Assembly: GCA_964642875.1 (NCBI GenBank)
Contig: CAZXRF010000008.1
Coordinates: forward strand, 2,241-66,240
DNA length: 64,000 nt
Direction: 5' to 3'
Source of the DNA: an uncultured Chitinophagales bacterium
GTDB lineage: Bacteria > Bacteroidota > Bacteroidia > Chitinophagales > JADIYW01
Below are positions 51,162 to 59,502 of this stretch, piece after piece. Position 1 is the stretch's first letter, and the number at the start of each line of letters is the position of its first letter. The notes under the pieces were generated by a model. The model saw nothing but the letters and a program-made list of their open reading frames with translations. It had not been told where the DNA came from and made no database searches. A program made the position numbers and the translations under genes.

Positions 51162-52673
51162 TTATTTAAACTTTTGAAAAAGAGTTCCAAACTGCATCAT
51201 TTTTCCTAAATCACTTACTTGGACTTTTCCACTCATAAATGCTTCTTGCGGATTAAGTTTTCCTGTTTCAATAGCAATGTAAGTTGCTTGGTTAGTTGTT
51301 ACTATCAAGTCCACAGTTGACGGTCGACGGTCGACCGTGGACAAAGCTACTTGCTTGTCTTTTATTTGAACCAAATGATTTTTTTCATCTTCAATCTCAA
51401 ACAACACATTTAACACTACTCCATCTGCTTTTTCTTTTTTTAATCTTGAAGGTAAACCATTGATAATATCATCAATACTTACATCTTTAGATTGAGGTCG
51501 GTCGACTGTGGGCTGATAGCTTTTATCATCAATAATCATTTTCGATATAATCTCCAACATAATTTCGGATGTTCCGCCGCCGATAGTTCCTAATCTTGAA
51601 TCTCTAAAGAAGCGAGCCGCTTTGTATTCTTCCATATAGCCATATCCGCCAAACATTTGTAAACATTGATAGCCTAATTTATCGGATAATTCAGTAGCCA
51701 AATATTTCGACATAGAAGCTTCTTTAACACAATATTTTTTCTCGTTATGCATTTGGCAAATTAAATAGGTATAAGTTTTTATACTTTCTAACTCTGCACT
51801 GAGTTGAGCCATTCGATGGCGCAACACTTGAAATTTATTGATGCTTTTTCCAAATGCTTTGCGTTCACTCATATATTGCAAAGTATATTGAATCATCAAT
51901 TCGGATGCAGCAATTGCACCTAAAGCTAAAGTCAATCTTTCCAATTCAAAACGCTGCATGATGTAGTAAAACCCTTTGTTTTCTTCACCTAATAAATTGG
52001 AAATTGGCACTTCAACATTATCGAATGCAATTTCTGCTGTGTCACTGGCTTTCCAACCTAATTTCTTCAAATTGGTTCTTATAACACCTTTTGCATTTCC
52101 TTCCACCAAAATCATTGAAATGCCGCTTGCACCTGTGTTGGCCGTTTTACAAGCTACAATTAAATAATCAGCTAAATAACCATTGGTAATAAAGCATTTG
52201 CTACCGTTGATGATGTATTTATCGCCTTCTTTTCTTGCTGTAGTTTTAATTCCTGCCACATCACTTCCAGCGTGAGGTTCGGTAATGGCTAATCCACCAA
52301 CAATTTCTCCTTTAATAGATTTTACAAGGTATTTTTCTTTAAGATAATCAGAAGCTTCGTGTTTTAGATGCGACATTGCCAAATACGGATGTGCAGAAAT
52401 ACTAGCAGCAAAGCCACCACTCCAACATTTACCTACTTCTTCTATAAAAATAACATCATACCAAAAATCTAAATTCGAGCCGCCGTATTTTTCTTCTTGT
52501 GAAATTCCAAAAAATCCCATATCGCCAAAGCGTTTAAAAATTTCTCTGGGCAAAAAACCGTCTTCTTCCCATTGGTCGATGTGTGGCATCACTTCTTTAT
52601 CCAAAAAATCGCGTAAGGTTTTACGGAATAAATGATGTTCTTCTTTTAAATAGTATTGTTCTAAATTTGTCAT
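51162..52673 (-). CDS. Acyl-CoA dehydrogenase fused to a C-terminal SCP2 domain (paralog)
   Basis: AITEPHAGSDVA, NGSKCFITNG, LQMFGGYGY, TIGGGTSEIM; tail IAIETGKLNPQEAFMSGKVQVS. Confidence 0.92.
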   Translation of the reverse strand: MTNLEQYYLKEEHHLFRKTLRDFLDKEVMPHIDQWEEDGFLPREIFKRFGDMGFFGISQEEKYGGSNLDFWYDVIFIEEVGKCWSGGFAASISAHPYLAMSHLKHEASDYLKEKYLVKSIKGEIVGGLAITEPHAGSDVAGIKTTARKEGDKYIINGSKCFITNGYLADYLIVACKTANTGASGISMILVEGNAKGVIRTNLKKLGWKASDTAEIAFDNVEVPISNLLGEENKGFYYIMQRFELERLTLALGAIAASELMIQYTLQYMSERKAFGKSINKFQVLRHRMAQLSAELESIKTYTYLICQMHNEKKYCVKEASMSKYLATELSDKLGYQCLQMFGGYGYMEEYKAARFFRDSRLGTIGGGTSEIMLEIISKMIIDDKSYQPTVDRPQSKDVSIDDIINGLPSRLKKEKADGVVLNVLFEIEDEKNHLVQIKDKQVALSTVDRRPSTVDLIVTTNQATYIAIETGKLNPQEAFMSGKVQVSDLGKMMQFGTLFQKFK

Positions 52674-52688
52674 GTTTTTGTTGTTTTA

Positions 52689-53170
52689 TAACCGCAAAGG
52701 ATATTAAATTTTCCGCAAAGTTCGCAAAGGTTTATAATCCGTTTACTATTCTTTTAATCCCATGTTTTAAAAGTGTAACATTAAAGTTTATAAGCAATCC
52801 AAGCTTAAAATTTCCGAGTTTTAAGTAAGTAAGCGTTTGTGCTAAATGTATGTCGTTTATTGCTTCTACGCTTTTAATTTCTATCACTAATTTATCTTCC
52901 ACCAATAAATCAATTCTATAACCGCAATCTAATTTCACTTCTTCAAAAACTAATGGCATTGCTTTTTCTTTTTCAACTTTAAAGCCTTCTTTTCTTAATT
53001 TGTAATACAAACATTCTTGATATGCACTTTCTAATAAACCTGCACCTAATGAATTGTGTACCTCAATAGCTAAACCAATAACAATATGAGATAATTCATT
53101 CTCTTTCATTCTTATTTTAATATATCCTTTTTTACTTACTCTGCGATAAACTCCGTGTACTTTGCGGTTA
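52689..53170. mobile_element. Candidate GxxExxY cassette: hairpin element split at its loop by a nuclease-like gene
   Basis: Perfect 11-bp terminal inverted repeat TAACCGCAAAG / CTTTGCGGTTA; left and right halves match the two halves of the empty copies; mobility is inferred. Confidence 0.6.
52732..53109 (-). CDS. GxxExxY protein (PD-(D/E)XK nuclease-like)
   Basis: LGAGLLESAYQECL, YRIDLLVEDKLVIEIKS, QTLTYLK, GLLINF. Confidence 0.93.
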   Translation of the reverse strand: MKENELSHIVIGLAIEVHNSLGAGLLESAYQECLYYKLRKEGFKVEKEKAMPLVFEEVKLDCGYRIDLLVEDKLVIEIKSVEAINDIHLAQTLTYLKLGNFKLGLLINFNVTLLKHGIKRIVNGL

Positions 53171-53175
53171 GTAAA

Positions 53176-54039
53176 TTAATTAATATTCTTTAAATTCAGC
53201 ATTTCTCTTGTTTCGGAAATAGTTGCAATTTCTCTGTCTAACATACGTGCTAATTTCACTCCGGCTTCTACACATTCACCATTCGATTTTGCCATTTCTC
53301 CATTCGGTAAATAAAAATTATCCTCCAATCCTACTCTAAAATTTCCGCCCATTGTACAAGCAATTGCAGCTAACTGCCATTGTTTTCTACTTATACCAAT
53401 CACTTGCCAAAATGCTCCTTCTGGTACTTGTTTAATTTGATGCATTAGATTTTCTACTGTCGCAGGAATACCGCCAAGCACACCCATTACCAAGCTGTAA
53501 CACGCATTGTCAGGAATTAAACCCATTTCTCTAAGTGGCTCTACGTTATGAATATGTCCGGTGTCAAAACATTCCATTTCCGGACAAATGTTATTTTCAT
53601 TCATTGTTTTTACCACTTTAATCATGGTATCAAAAGAATTTTCAAATACTGCATTCCAATAAAATTGTTTTTGCTTTTTAGAGAATATAGCATAGTTCAT
53701 ACTACCCATATTAAATGCTGCCATGTCAGGTTTTGTAATAGGTAAATGTTTAATTCTTTCTGCTACAGAAAGACCAATTGCACCAGTGGAAAAATTAATA
53801 ATTACATCAGTAGAATGCTTGCGTACTTCAGCTTTTATTTCTTCAAACACTTCAGTACGCCAACTTGGAATTCCGTTGTCTTCGCGTGCGTGTATATGTA
53901 CGATGCTAACGCCTGCATCTACAGCACGTTTGGCTTCTTCACCCAATTCTTTTGGTGTGTATGGAATAGCAGGACAATGTGAACGGTTGGTGGCTGCTCC
54001 TGTGAGTGCTGCACTTAGTATTAATTTTTTGTTTGACAT
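53176..54039 (-). CDS. Beta-keto acid cleavage enzyme family (BKACE/Kce, DUF849)
   Basis: SAALTGA, AGVSIVHIHAR, STG, NMGSMN, PEMECFDTGH, RVGLEDN. Confidence 0.9.
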   Translation of the reverse strand: MSNKKLILSAALTGAATNRSHCPAIPYTPKELGEEAKRAVDAGVSIVHIHAREDNGIPSWRTEVFEEIKAEVRKHSTDVIINFSTGAIGLSVAERIKHLPITKPDMAAFNMGSMNYAIFSKKQKQFYWNAVFENSFDTMIKVVKTMNENNICPEMECFDTGHIHNVEPLREMGLIPDNACYSLVMGVLGGIPATVENLMHQIKQVPEGAFWQVIGISRKQWQLAAIACTMGGNFRVGLEDNFYLPNGEMAKSNGECVEAGVKLARMLDREIATISETREMLNLKNIN

Positions 54040-54079
54040 ATTTTGATTTTTTTTGTTTGACTCATGATTTTATTTTTTT

Positions 54080-54162
54080 ACCGCAAAGGATTTTAAGTTT
54101 TTTCGCAAAGTATGTAAGATTTTCTTAGAGAACTTTGCGATTTCCTTTGTGTACTTTGCGGT
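54080..54162. repeat. Extragenic nested-hairpin element, copy 4 (empty)
   Basis: ACCGCAAAG / CTTTGCGGT, TCGCAAAGT / ACTTTGCGA, inner TAAGA-TTT-TCTTA. Confidence 0.9.
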
Positions 54163-54169
54163 TAGCATT

Positions 54170-54994
54170 TTATTCTCCAATCCAATTTGGTTTTCGTTTT
54201 TCCTTGAATGCTGTTAATCCTTCTGCTGCATCTTTGCTTTGTAAACATTGCATCAACATCGCATGCAAATATTTGTGTTTTTCGTCAGCATTTTTTGTTT
54301 TCATTTCGTGGTAAGCTTTTAATCCCAAGCGTATAGCAGTAGGTGATTGTTCTTTGATTGCTGCAATTAATTCTTGCACTCGATTTTCTAATTGATTTGA
54401 CATTACTACTTCAGAAACAATTCCAATTTCTTGTGCTTCTTTTGCTGTCAATGTTTTGGCACGAATGCATAAATCTAATAGTTGGCGTGCCGACATTAAT
54501 GGTTCTAAAGTTGCCATTACTTGAAACGGAAAAATACCTCGTTTTACTTCGGGTAATCCAAATTTGGCTTCTTCTACTGCGATGACGTGCGTGCAACCAC
54601 CAATCATTAAAAATCCACCGGCATATACATCGGCGTGTACTTGTGCAATGCAGGGTTTGTGCAAGCCGTTGAATTCATCACCGAGCTTGACCATATCTTT
54701 TGGCATAGGTATAGTAGATTGTTTTTCGGCAGTGTCTTCTCCTGCAAATGCTTTTAAATCTGCGCCTGCGCAAAAAGTGGGACCATTTGCTTTTAAAACT
54801 ACGCACCAAATAGCATTGTTATAATGTGCATAGGCGAGTGCATAGGCTAATTCATTTGCTAATGGCATGTGAAAGGCATTGCGTTTTTCCGGACGATTAA
54901 GTGTGATGGATAACACATTTTCCTTTTCTTCTACAAGGAGATAAGCGAAACTTTGTTCAGAAAAATTACTGATGTCTTGTTGTGAGTAGAGCAT
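54170..54994 (-). CDS. Enoyl-CoA hydratase/isomerase (AtuE-like)
   Basis: ITLNRPEKRNA, FCAGADL, FGLPEVKRGIFP, EGLTAFKEKRKP. Confidence 0.9.
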   Translation of the reverse strand: MLYSQQDISNFSEQSFAYLLVEEKENVLSITLNRPEKRNAFHMPLANELAYALAYAHYNNAIWCVVLKANGPTFCAGADLKAFAGEDTAEKQSTIPMPKDMVKLGDEFNGLHKPCIAQVHADVYAGGFLMIGGCTHVIAVEEAKFGLPEVKRGIFPFQVMATLEPLMSARQLLDLCIRAKTLTAKEAQEIGIVSEVVMSNQLENRVQELIAAIKEQSPTAIRLGLKAYHEMKTKNADEKHKYLHAMLMQCLQSKDAAEGLTAFKEKRKPNWIGE

Positions 54995-55002
54995 ATTTAT
55001 TT

Positions 55003-55030
55003 ATGATTTATGAATTCAGATTTGAGATTT
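55003..55030. repeat. Orphan 7-bp array
   Basis: ATGATTT ATGAATT CAGATTT GAGATTT. Confidence 0.8.
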
Positions 55031-55044
55031 ATTTTTTTATTTTT

Positions 55045-55120
55045 ACCGCAAAGTGTACAAAGTTTTTCGCAAAGTACGCAAAGATTTTCTTGGTGAACTT
55101 TGTGTTTTTTCTTTGTGCTT
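55045..55120. repeat. Extragenic nested-hairpin element, copy 5 (right end degenerate)
   Basis: ACCGCAAAG..TCGCAAAG..CGCAAAG..CTTTGTG..CTTTGTGC; lacks the terminal CTTTGCGGT. Confidence 0.8.
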
Positions 55121-55127
55121 TAAAACT

Positions 55128-55196
55128 TCATTTATTCATTACTACATTATTTCATTATTCTATTATTTCATTATTCTATTATTCCAATAATTCCAA
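55128..55196. repeat. Approximately 8-bp period array
   Basis: ACTACATT ATTTCATT ATTCTATT ATTTCATT ATTCTATT ATTCCAAT. Confidence 0.75.
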
Positions 55197-57212
55197 TTAC
55201 TCTTTCATTTTTAATAATAACGTTCCGTTTTCTACAAATTGTTTTTCATTGACATATATTTCTTCTACTTCGCCGTCGCTGTGGGCTTCAATGGTGCTTT
55301 CCATTTTCATAGAAATCATTTTTAATAAAGCATCGCCACTTTTTATTTTGTCGCCGGCTTTCACTAATACTGCTGTTATTTCGCCCGGCATGGGTGCAAT
55401 GTATGCACCTTTTACGGTTTCTTCCATCGGACTTGGAAATCTGTCTACACTATGTAAAACTATCTGTCCGAGTTGCGGCGAATGAACGAAATATTGATTA
55501 CCGTTTTTTGAGAAGAAAAATTTCCGACGAATATTATTTATTTCGAAAGTGTGCCAATTGTTTCGTAATTTCTCGCTACGCTCGAAATGACGGTGCTCAT
55601 TATTGGAATGGTGTTTTGAAGCGAAATGTTTATCTGCAAATGAAATCTGCAAAATGTTGTTTTCATTTTTATATTCTACTAAAAATTCAAAACCGTTGTA
55701 ACTGTATTTCTCTTGCTGTGCTTGGTAAAAATTATTGCGCCAGCCTGCCGGAACACCTTGCGCCAATGTTCTTTTATTTTCTCTTTGTAAAAAGCGATAA
55801 TGTTGTAATGCACAAGTTAAGATATCTAATGTCGCTTGCGGATAATTTTCACCTGTATATTGGAATTTTTTATCTAAGAAATGCGTATCGAAATTTCCAT
55901 TTTGGAAATCTTCGTTATGTAAAATATCAATTAAGAAATTTTTATTCGTTGTAAAACCCGTTAGTACCGTTTCTTGTAAGGCTAAAGTTAATTTAGCGAT
56001 AGCTTCGTTTCTGTTTTTTCCTTTAGCAATAATTTTAGCAATCATTGGGTCGTAGAAAGTAGAAATTTCTGAACCACTTTCAATGCCAGCATCATAGCGC
56101 AAACCATCTACAGTTGCAGGTATCCAATCGATAATTTTTCCTGTAACCGGCATGAAATTATTGGCGGCATCTTCGGCATATAAACGTACTTCAATGGCAT
56201 GTTCGTTTTGTTGGATTTCACCTTGCGAAAAAGGAATTGCTTGTCCTTGTGCTACTTCTATTTGCAATCGAACTAAATCTAAACCAGTAACTTCTTCGGT
56301 TACGGGATGTTCGACTTGCAGTCGTGTGTTGACTTCCAAAAAATAAAATGATTGGTCGGGAGCCACAATAAACTCTACTGTTCCCGCGTTATCGTATTGA
56401 ATAGCTTTGCAGGCTGAAACAGCAGCATCACCCATTTTTTTTCTTGTTTCTGCCGTGATAAAAGGAGATGGGCTTTCTTCTACTACTTTTTGATAACGAC
56501 GCTGAATGCTGCACTCGCGTTCAAAAATATGCACGGCATTTCCGTGTTTATCTCCAAAAATTTGAAACTCTATATGTCGAGCTGAATCGAAATATTTCTC
56601 TATTAAAAGCGTATCGTCACCAAAGCCATTTAAGGCTTCCGATTTTGCTTCGTAAATTGCTTTGTCTAATTCTTTTTCTTCACGCACGATACGCATTCCT
56701 TTTCCACCACCGCCGGCACTGGCTTTCAGCAAAACAGGAAAACCTATTTCAATTGCTTTAGATTTTATGGTAGCTTCACTTTGGTCATCTCCCTGATAGC
56801 CCGGAATGGTTGGCACATTATGCGACTGCATGATTTTTTTAGCACCAATTTTGGAGCCCATCACTTCAATAGCTTTAGGATGTGGTCCTACCCAAATCAT
56901 ATTTTCATCTATTACACGTTGAGCAAATTCTACACGTTCGCTCAAAAATCCATAACCTGGATGGATGGCATTTGCACCGGTTTTTTTTGCTGCATCAATA
57001 ATTTTATCGATTACTAAATACGATTCATTCGGTTGCTTACCACCGATACGAATGGCTTCATCAGCGAGTTTAACAAACAATGCATTTTCATCTGCATCAG
57101 AAAATACGGCAACAGTGGCAATGCCCATTTCCCTGCAAGTCTTAAAAATCCTGCAAGCAATTTCACCACGATTAGCAACGAGTAATTTGGTAATATTTAA
57201 AGTTTGAGACAT
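55197..57212 (-). CDS. Acyl-CoA carboxylase alpha subunit (biotin carboxylase plus biotin carrier; AtuF/AccA2-like)
   Basis: LVANRGEIA, IHPGYGFLSE, GGGGKGMR, ERECSIQRR, EVNTRLQVEHPVTE; C-terminal APMPG...ISMKME. Confidence 0.93.
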   Translation of the reverse strand: MSQTLNITKLLVANRGEIACRIFKTCREMGIATVAVFSDADENALFVKLADEAIRIGGKQPNESYLVIDKIIDAAKKTGANAIHPGYGFLSERVEFAQRVIDENMIWVGPHPKAIEVMGSKIGAKKIMQSHNVPTIPGYQGDDQSEATIKSKAIEIGFPVLLKASAGGGGKGMRIVREEKELDKAIYEAKSEALNGFGDDTLLIEKYFDSARHIEFQIFGDKHGNAVHIFERECSIQRRYQKVVEESPSPFITAETRKKMGDAAVSACKAIQYDNAGTVEFIVAPDQSFYFLEVNTRLQVEHPVTEEVTGLDLVRLQIEVAQGQAIPFSQGEIQQNEHAIEVRLYAEDAANNFMPVTGKIIDWIPATVDGLRYDAGIESGSEISTFYDPMIAKIIAKGKNRNEAIAKLTLALQETVLTGFTTNKNFLIDILHNEDFQNGNFDTHFLDKKFQYTGENYPQATLDILTCALQHYRFLQRENKRTLAQGVPAGWRNNFYQAQQEKYSYNGFEFLVEYKNENNILQISFADKHFASKHHSNNEHRHFERSEKLRNNWHTFEINNIRRKFFFSKNGNQYFVHSPQLGQIVLHSVDRFPSPMEETVKGAYIAPMPGEITAVLVKAGDKIKSGDALLKMISMKMESTIEAHSDGEVEEIYVNEKQFVENGTLLLKMKE

Positions 57213-57220
57213 AATTACTT

Positions 57221-57643
57221 CAGATTTCAGATTTATGATTTCAGATTTATTTTTTATTAGTATTCTTATATTTTAATGTTTTTAGAATAGCTGAAAATAT
57301 AGCAGTTAATTCATTTGTTTCTTTGATTAATTCTTCTATTCCTGTTAATTTATCTTGATTTGTTTCTTTTAATAATTCAAACCAATAAATACATTCATCT
57401 GCTTCTTCTTGAACGATATTTATTTTATTGATAAAATCTGGGTTTGATTTACCTCTTAATGAAGCACGATAATTGGCACCAACGGATGTTGATGCTCGAA
57501 TGATTTGTTTAATTATAATTACATTAGCATAAGTTGGTTTTAACGCTTCTGTAAATTTAATTGTGTTTATAGCAAACTTTTTAGTTCTATTTTTTAATTC
57601 TGATGAGTTCATTTTAAATCATAATTCCTAATTCTTAAATCTT
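57221..57643. repeat. Inverted 7-bp arrays flanking the four-helix-bundle gene
   Basis: Left 57221-57248 CAGATTT CAGATTT ATGATTT CAGATTT; right 57616-57643 AAATCAT AATTCCT AATTCTT AAATCTT (reverse complement of NNGAWTT). Confidence 0.8.
57247..57612 (-). CDS. Four-helix-bundle protein (23S rRNA IVP / TIGR02436-like)
   Basis: LKNRTKKFA, QIIRASTSVGANYR, FINKINIVQEEADECIYWFELL, ETNELTAIF. Confidence 0.92.
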   Translation of the reverse strand: MNSSELKNRTKKFAINTIKFTEALKPTYANVIIIKQIIRASTSVGANYRASLRGKSNPDFINKINIVQEEADECIYWFELLKETNQDKLTGIEELIKETNELTAIFSAILKTLKYKNTNKK

Positions 57644-57653
57644 AAATAAAATC

Positions 57654-59258
57654 TTACATTCTAAACACCCCCCAAGCATTTGTTCCTTTTACTTCATTTA
57701 TATAAGTCAATGCTAAAATTAACCCGAATACATGTCGTGTGTCTCTTGGGTCGATAATGCCATCATCCCAAAGTTGTCCGGTAGCAAAAAATGCATTACT
57801 TTGTTTTTCTATTTCCATTTTCATAAATTCTTTCATTTGTGCTGCTTGTGCTTCGTCGTATGGTTGACCGGATTTTATCGCAGCTTCTTTGCTGACCATT
57901 TGCATAACACCGGCTAGCTGTTCTGCACCCATAACCGCAATCATAGAGTTAGGATAAGAAAATAAAAATCGTGGATTATAAGCTCGACCGCACATGGCAT
58001 AATTTCCTGCACCATACGATGCACCCATCATTAAAGTAAACATAGGCACTTCGGAGTTGGAAACTGCATTAATCATTTTGGCACCATCTTTAATAATTCC
58101 ATTTTGCTCGTAATCTTTTCCCACCATAAAGCCAGTTATATTTTGAAGAAATAAAATAGGTGTGTGGTTCATATTGCACAACTGAATAAAGTGTGCACCT
58201 TTGTTGGAAGAATCATTGAATAAAACACCATTATTGCTAATAATTGCAATTGGATAGCCGTGAATTTTAGCGTAACCACAAACCAATGTAGCACCGTATT
58301 CTTTTTTAAATTCATGAAATTCGGAATCATCTACAATTCGGGCGATTACTTCTCTACAGTCATACGGAACTTTAGTATCAACAGATACAATTCCGAGCAG
58401 CTCATCGATAGGATATTTTGGTTCGTTGTAGTTAACTATTGGTCGATTGTTGATAGTTGGCTGGATACTAAGATTTGCCATTAACTCACGAGCAATTCTT
58501 ATTCCGTCTATTTCGTCTTGCGCTAAGTAATCGGAAACACCAGATATTTTTGAATGCATTTCTGCTCCGCCTAACGTTTCATCATCTACAATTTCATTCG
58601 TAGCCATTTTTACTAACGGTGGTCCTGCTAAAAAAACTTTCGCATTGTTTTTTATAAAAATAGTATAATCACTCATACCCGGAATATAAGCACCTCCAGC
58701 TGTAGAGTTTCCGAATACTATTGAAATTGTAGGCAAGCCTTTTTTTGAACGCCGTGTAATTTCTTTAAAATTATTGCCACCTAAATTAAATACTTGTGCT
58801 TGGTCGGGCAAATTTGCACCAGCACTCTCTACCAAATTTATTCCGGGCAAATTATTTTCCAGACCAATTTCGCCAATTCGTAATGCTTTTTTTAAAGAAG
58901 CAATATCAATGGCACCACCTTTGTTCGTGCCAACGTTTGCCGTAATCATACACATTTTACCCGATACAAAACCAATTCCTGCTACCATAGTTCCGCCAGT
59001 GCCAAAGCCTCCTTTAACTCCTAAACCAGCTAATGGGCATAATTCTAAAAATGGTGAATCTTGATCAAGCAGCATTTCAATGCGTTCGCGTGCCAGCATT
59101 TTACCTTTGCTTTTTGCTTTAGCAATATGTTTTTCATCGCCCTGAAATAATGATTGTTTTAGATGTTTTTCTAACTCTGTAATCTTACCTAGCATTTTTT
59201 CGTAATTCTCCTTGTACGAAGTAGATTGTGTATTTATTTTTGATTTTATAACAGACAT
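57654..59258 (-). CDS. Acyl-CoA carboxylase carboxyltransferase subunit (AtuC/AccD2-like)
   Basis: RERIEMLLDQDSPFLEL, VESAGANLP, STAGGAY, FLAGPPLVKMAT, QNITGFMVG, DDGIIDPRDTR. Confidence 0.92.
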   Translation of the reverse strand: MSVIKSKINTQSTSYKENYEKMLGKITELEKHLKQSLFQGDEKHIAKAKSKGKMLARERIEMLLDQDSPFLELCPLAGLGVKGGFGTGGTMVAGIGFVSGKMCMITANVGTNKGGAIDIASLKKALRIGEIGLENNLPGINLVESAGANLPDQAQVFNLGGNNFKEITRRSKKGLPTISIVFGNSTAGGAYIPGMSDYTIFIKNNAKVFLAGPPLVKMATNEIVDDETLGGAEMHSKISGVSDYLAQDEIDGIRIARELMANLSIQPTINNRPIVNYNEPKYPIDELLGIVSVDTKVPYDCREVIARIVDDSEFHEFKKEYGATLVCGYAKIHGYPIAIISNNGVLFNDSSNKGAHFIQLCNMNHTPILFLQNITGFMVGKDYEQNGIIKDGAKMINAVSNSEVPMFTLMMGASYGAGNYAMCGRAYNPRFLFSYPNSMIAVMGAEQLAGVMQMVSKEAAIKSGQPYDEAQAAQMKEFMKMEIEKQSNAFFATGQLWDDGIIDPRDTRHVFGLILALTYINEVKGTNAWGVFRM

Positions 59259-59329
59259 ACTATAGATTATATTTTATAAACGTTCTTCCTTCAAAACATA
59301 ACAAGTATAAGCATTTTTATTCAAATTTG

Positions 59330-59430
59330 ACTAAACGTTTGGTAAGTTTTTTATTTACTTTATTTCTATTAACCTACTTAATTTATTGATAATTAATTAA
59401 ATATTATTCCCATTTAAACGAACGTTTGGT
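59330..59430. promoter_or_regulatory. Pair of 14-bp pseudo-palindromic operator candidates
   Basis: ACTAAACGTTTGGT (59330-59343) and AACGAACGTTTGGT (59417-59430) in the divergent intergenic region. Confidence 0.6.
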
Positions 59431-59435
59431 AAATA

Positions 59436-59467
59436 TTTGTACAATTTGAAAAATTATTTTACATTTG
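59436..59467 (+). promoter_or_regulatory. Promoter for the SCP2 gene
   Basis: TTTG (59436-59439), 20 nt, TACATTTG (59460-59467). Confidence 0.7.
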
Positions 59468-59502
59468 TTCAGAATTATTTAAAACAAATAAAATTTATAA
59501 AA

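Noticed and set aside
50950-55120. Hairpin repeats as a CRISPR array
   Set aside because: Copies are separated by whole genes, vary in sequence, have no uniform spacers, and no cas gene is present.
54982-55485. 167-aa plus-strand ORF
   Set aside because: Reads through the repeat patchwork and antisense to the biotin carboxylase; low-complexity F/Y/S/I translation.
42104-57612. Diversity-generating retroelement (Avd-like four-helix protein plus a near-identical repeat pair)
   Set aside because: No reverse transcriptase in the window; the repeat copies are tandem coding modules and their 4 mismatches are not adenine-specific on either strand.
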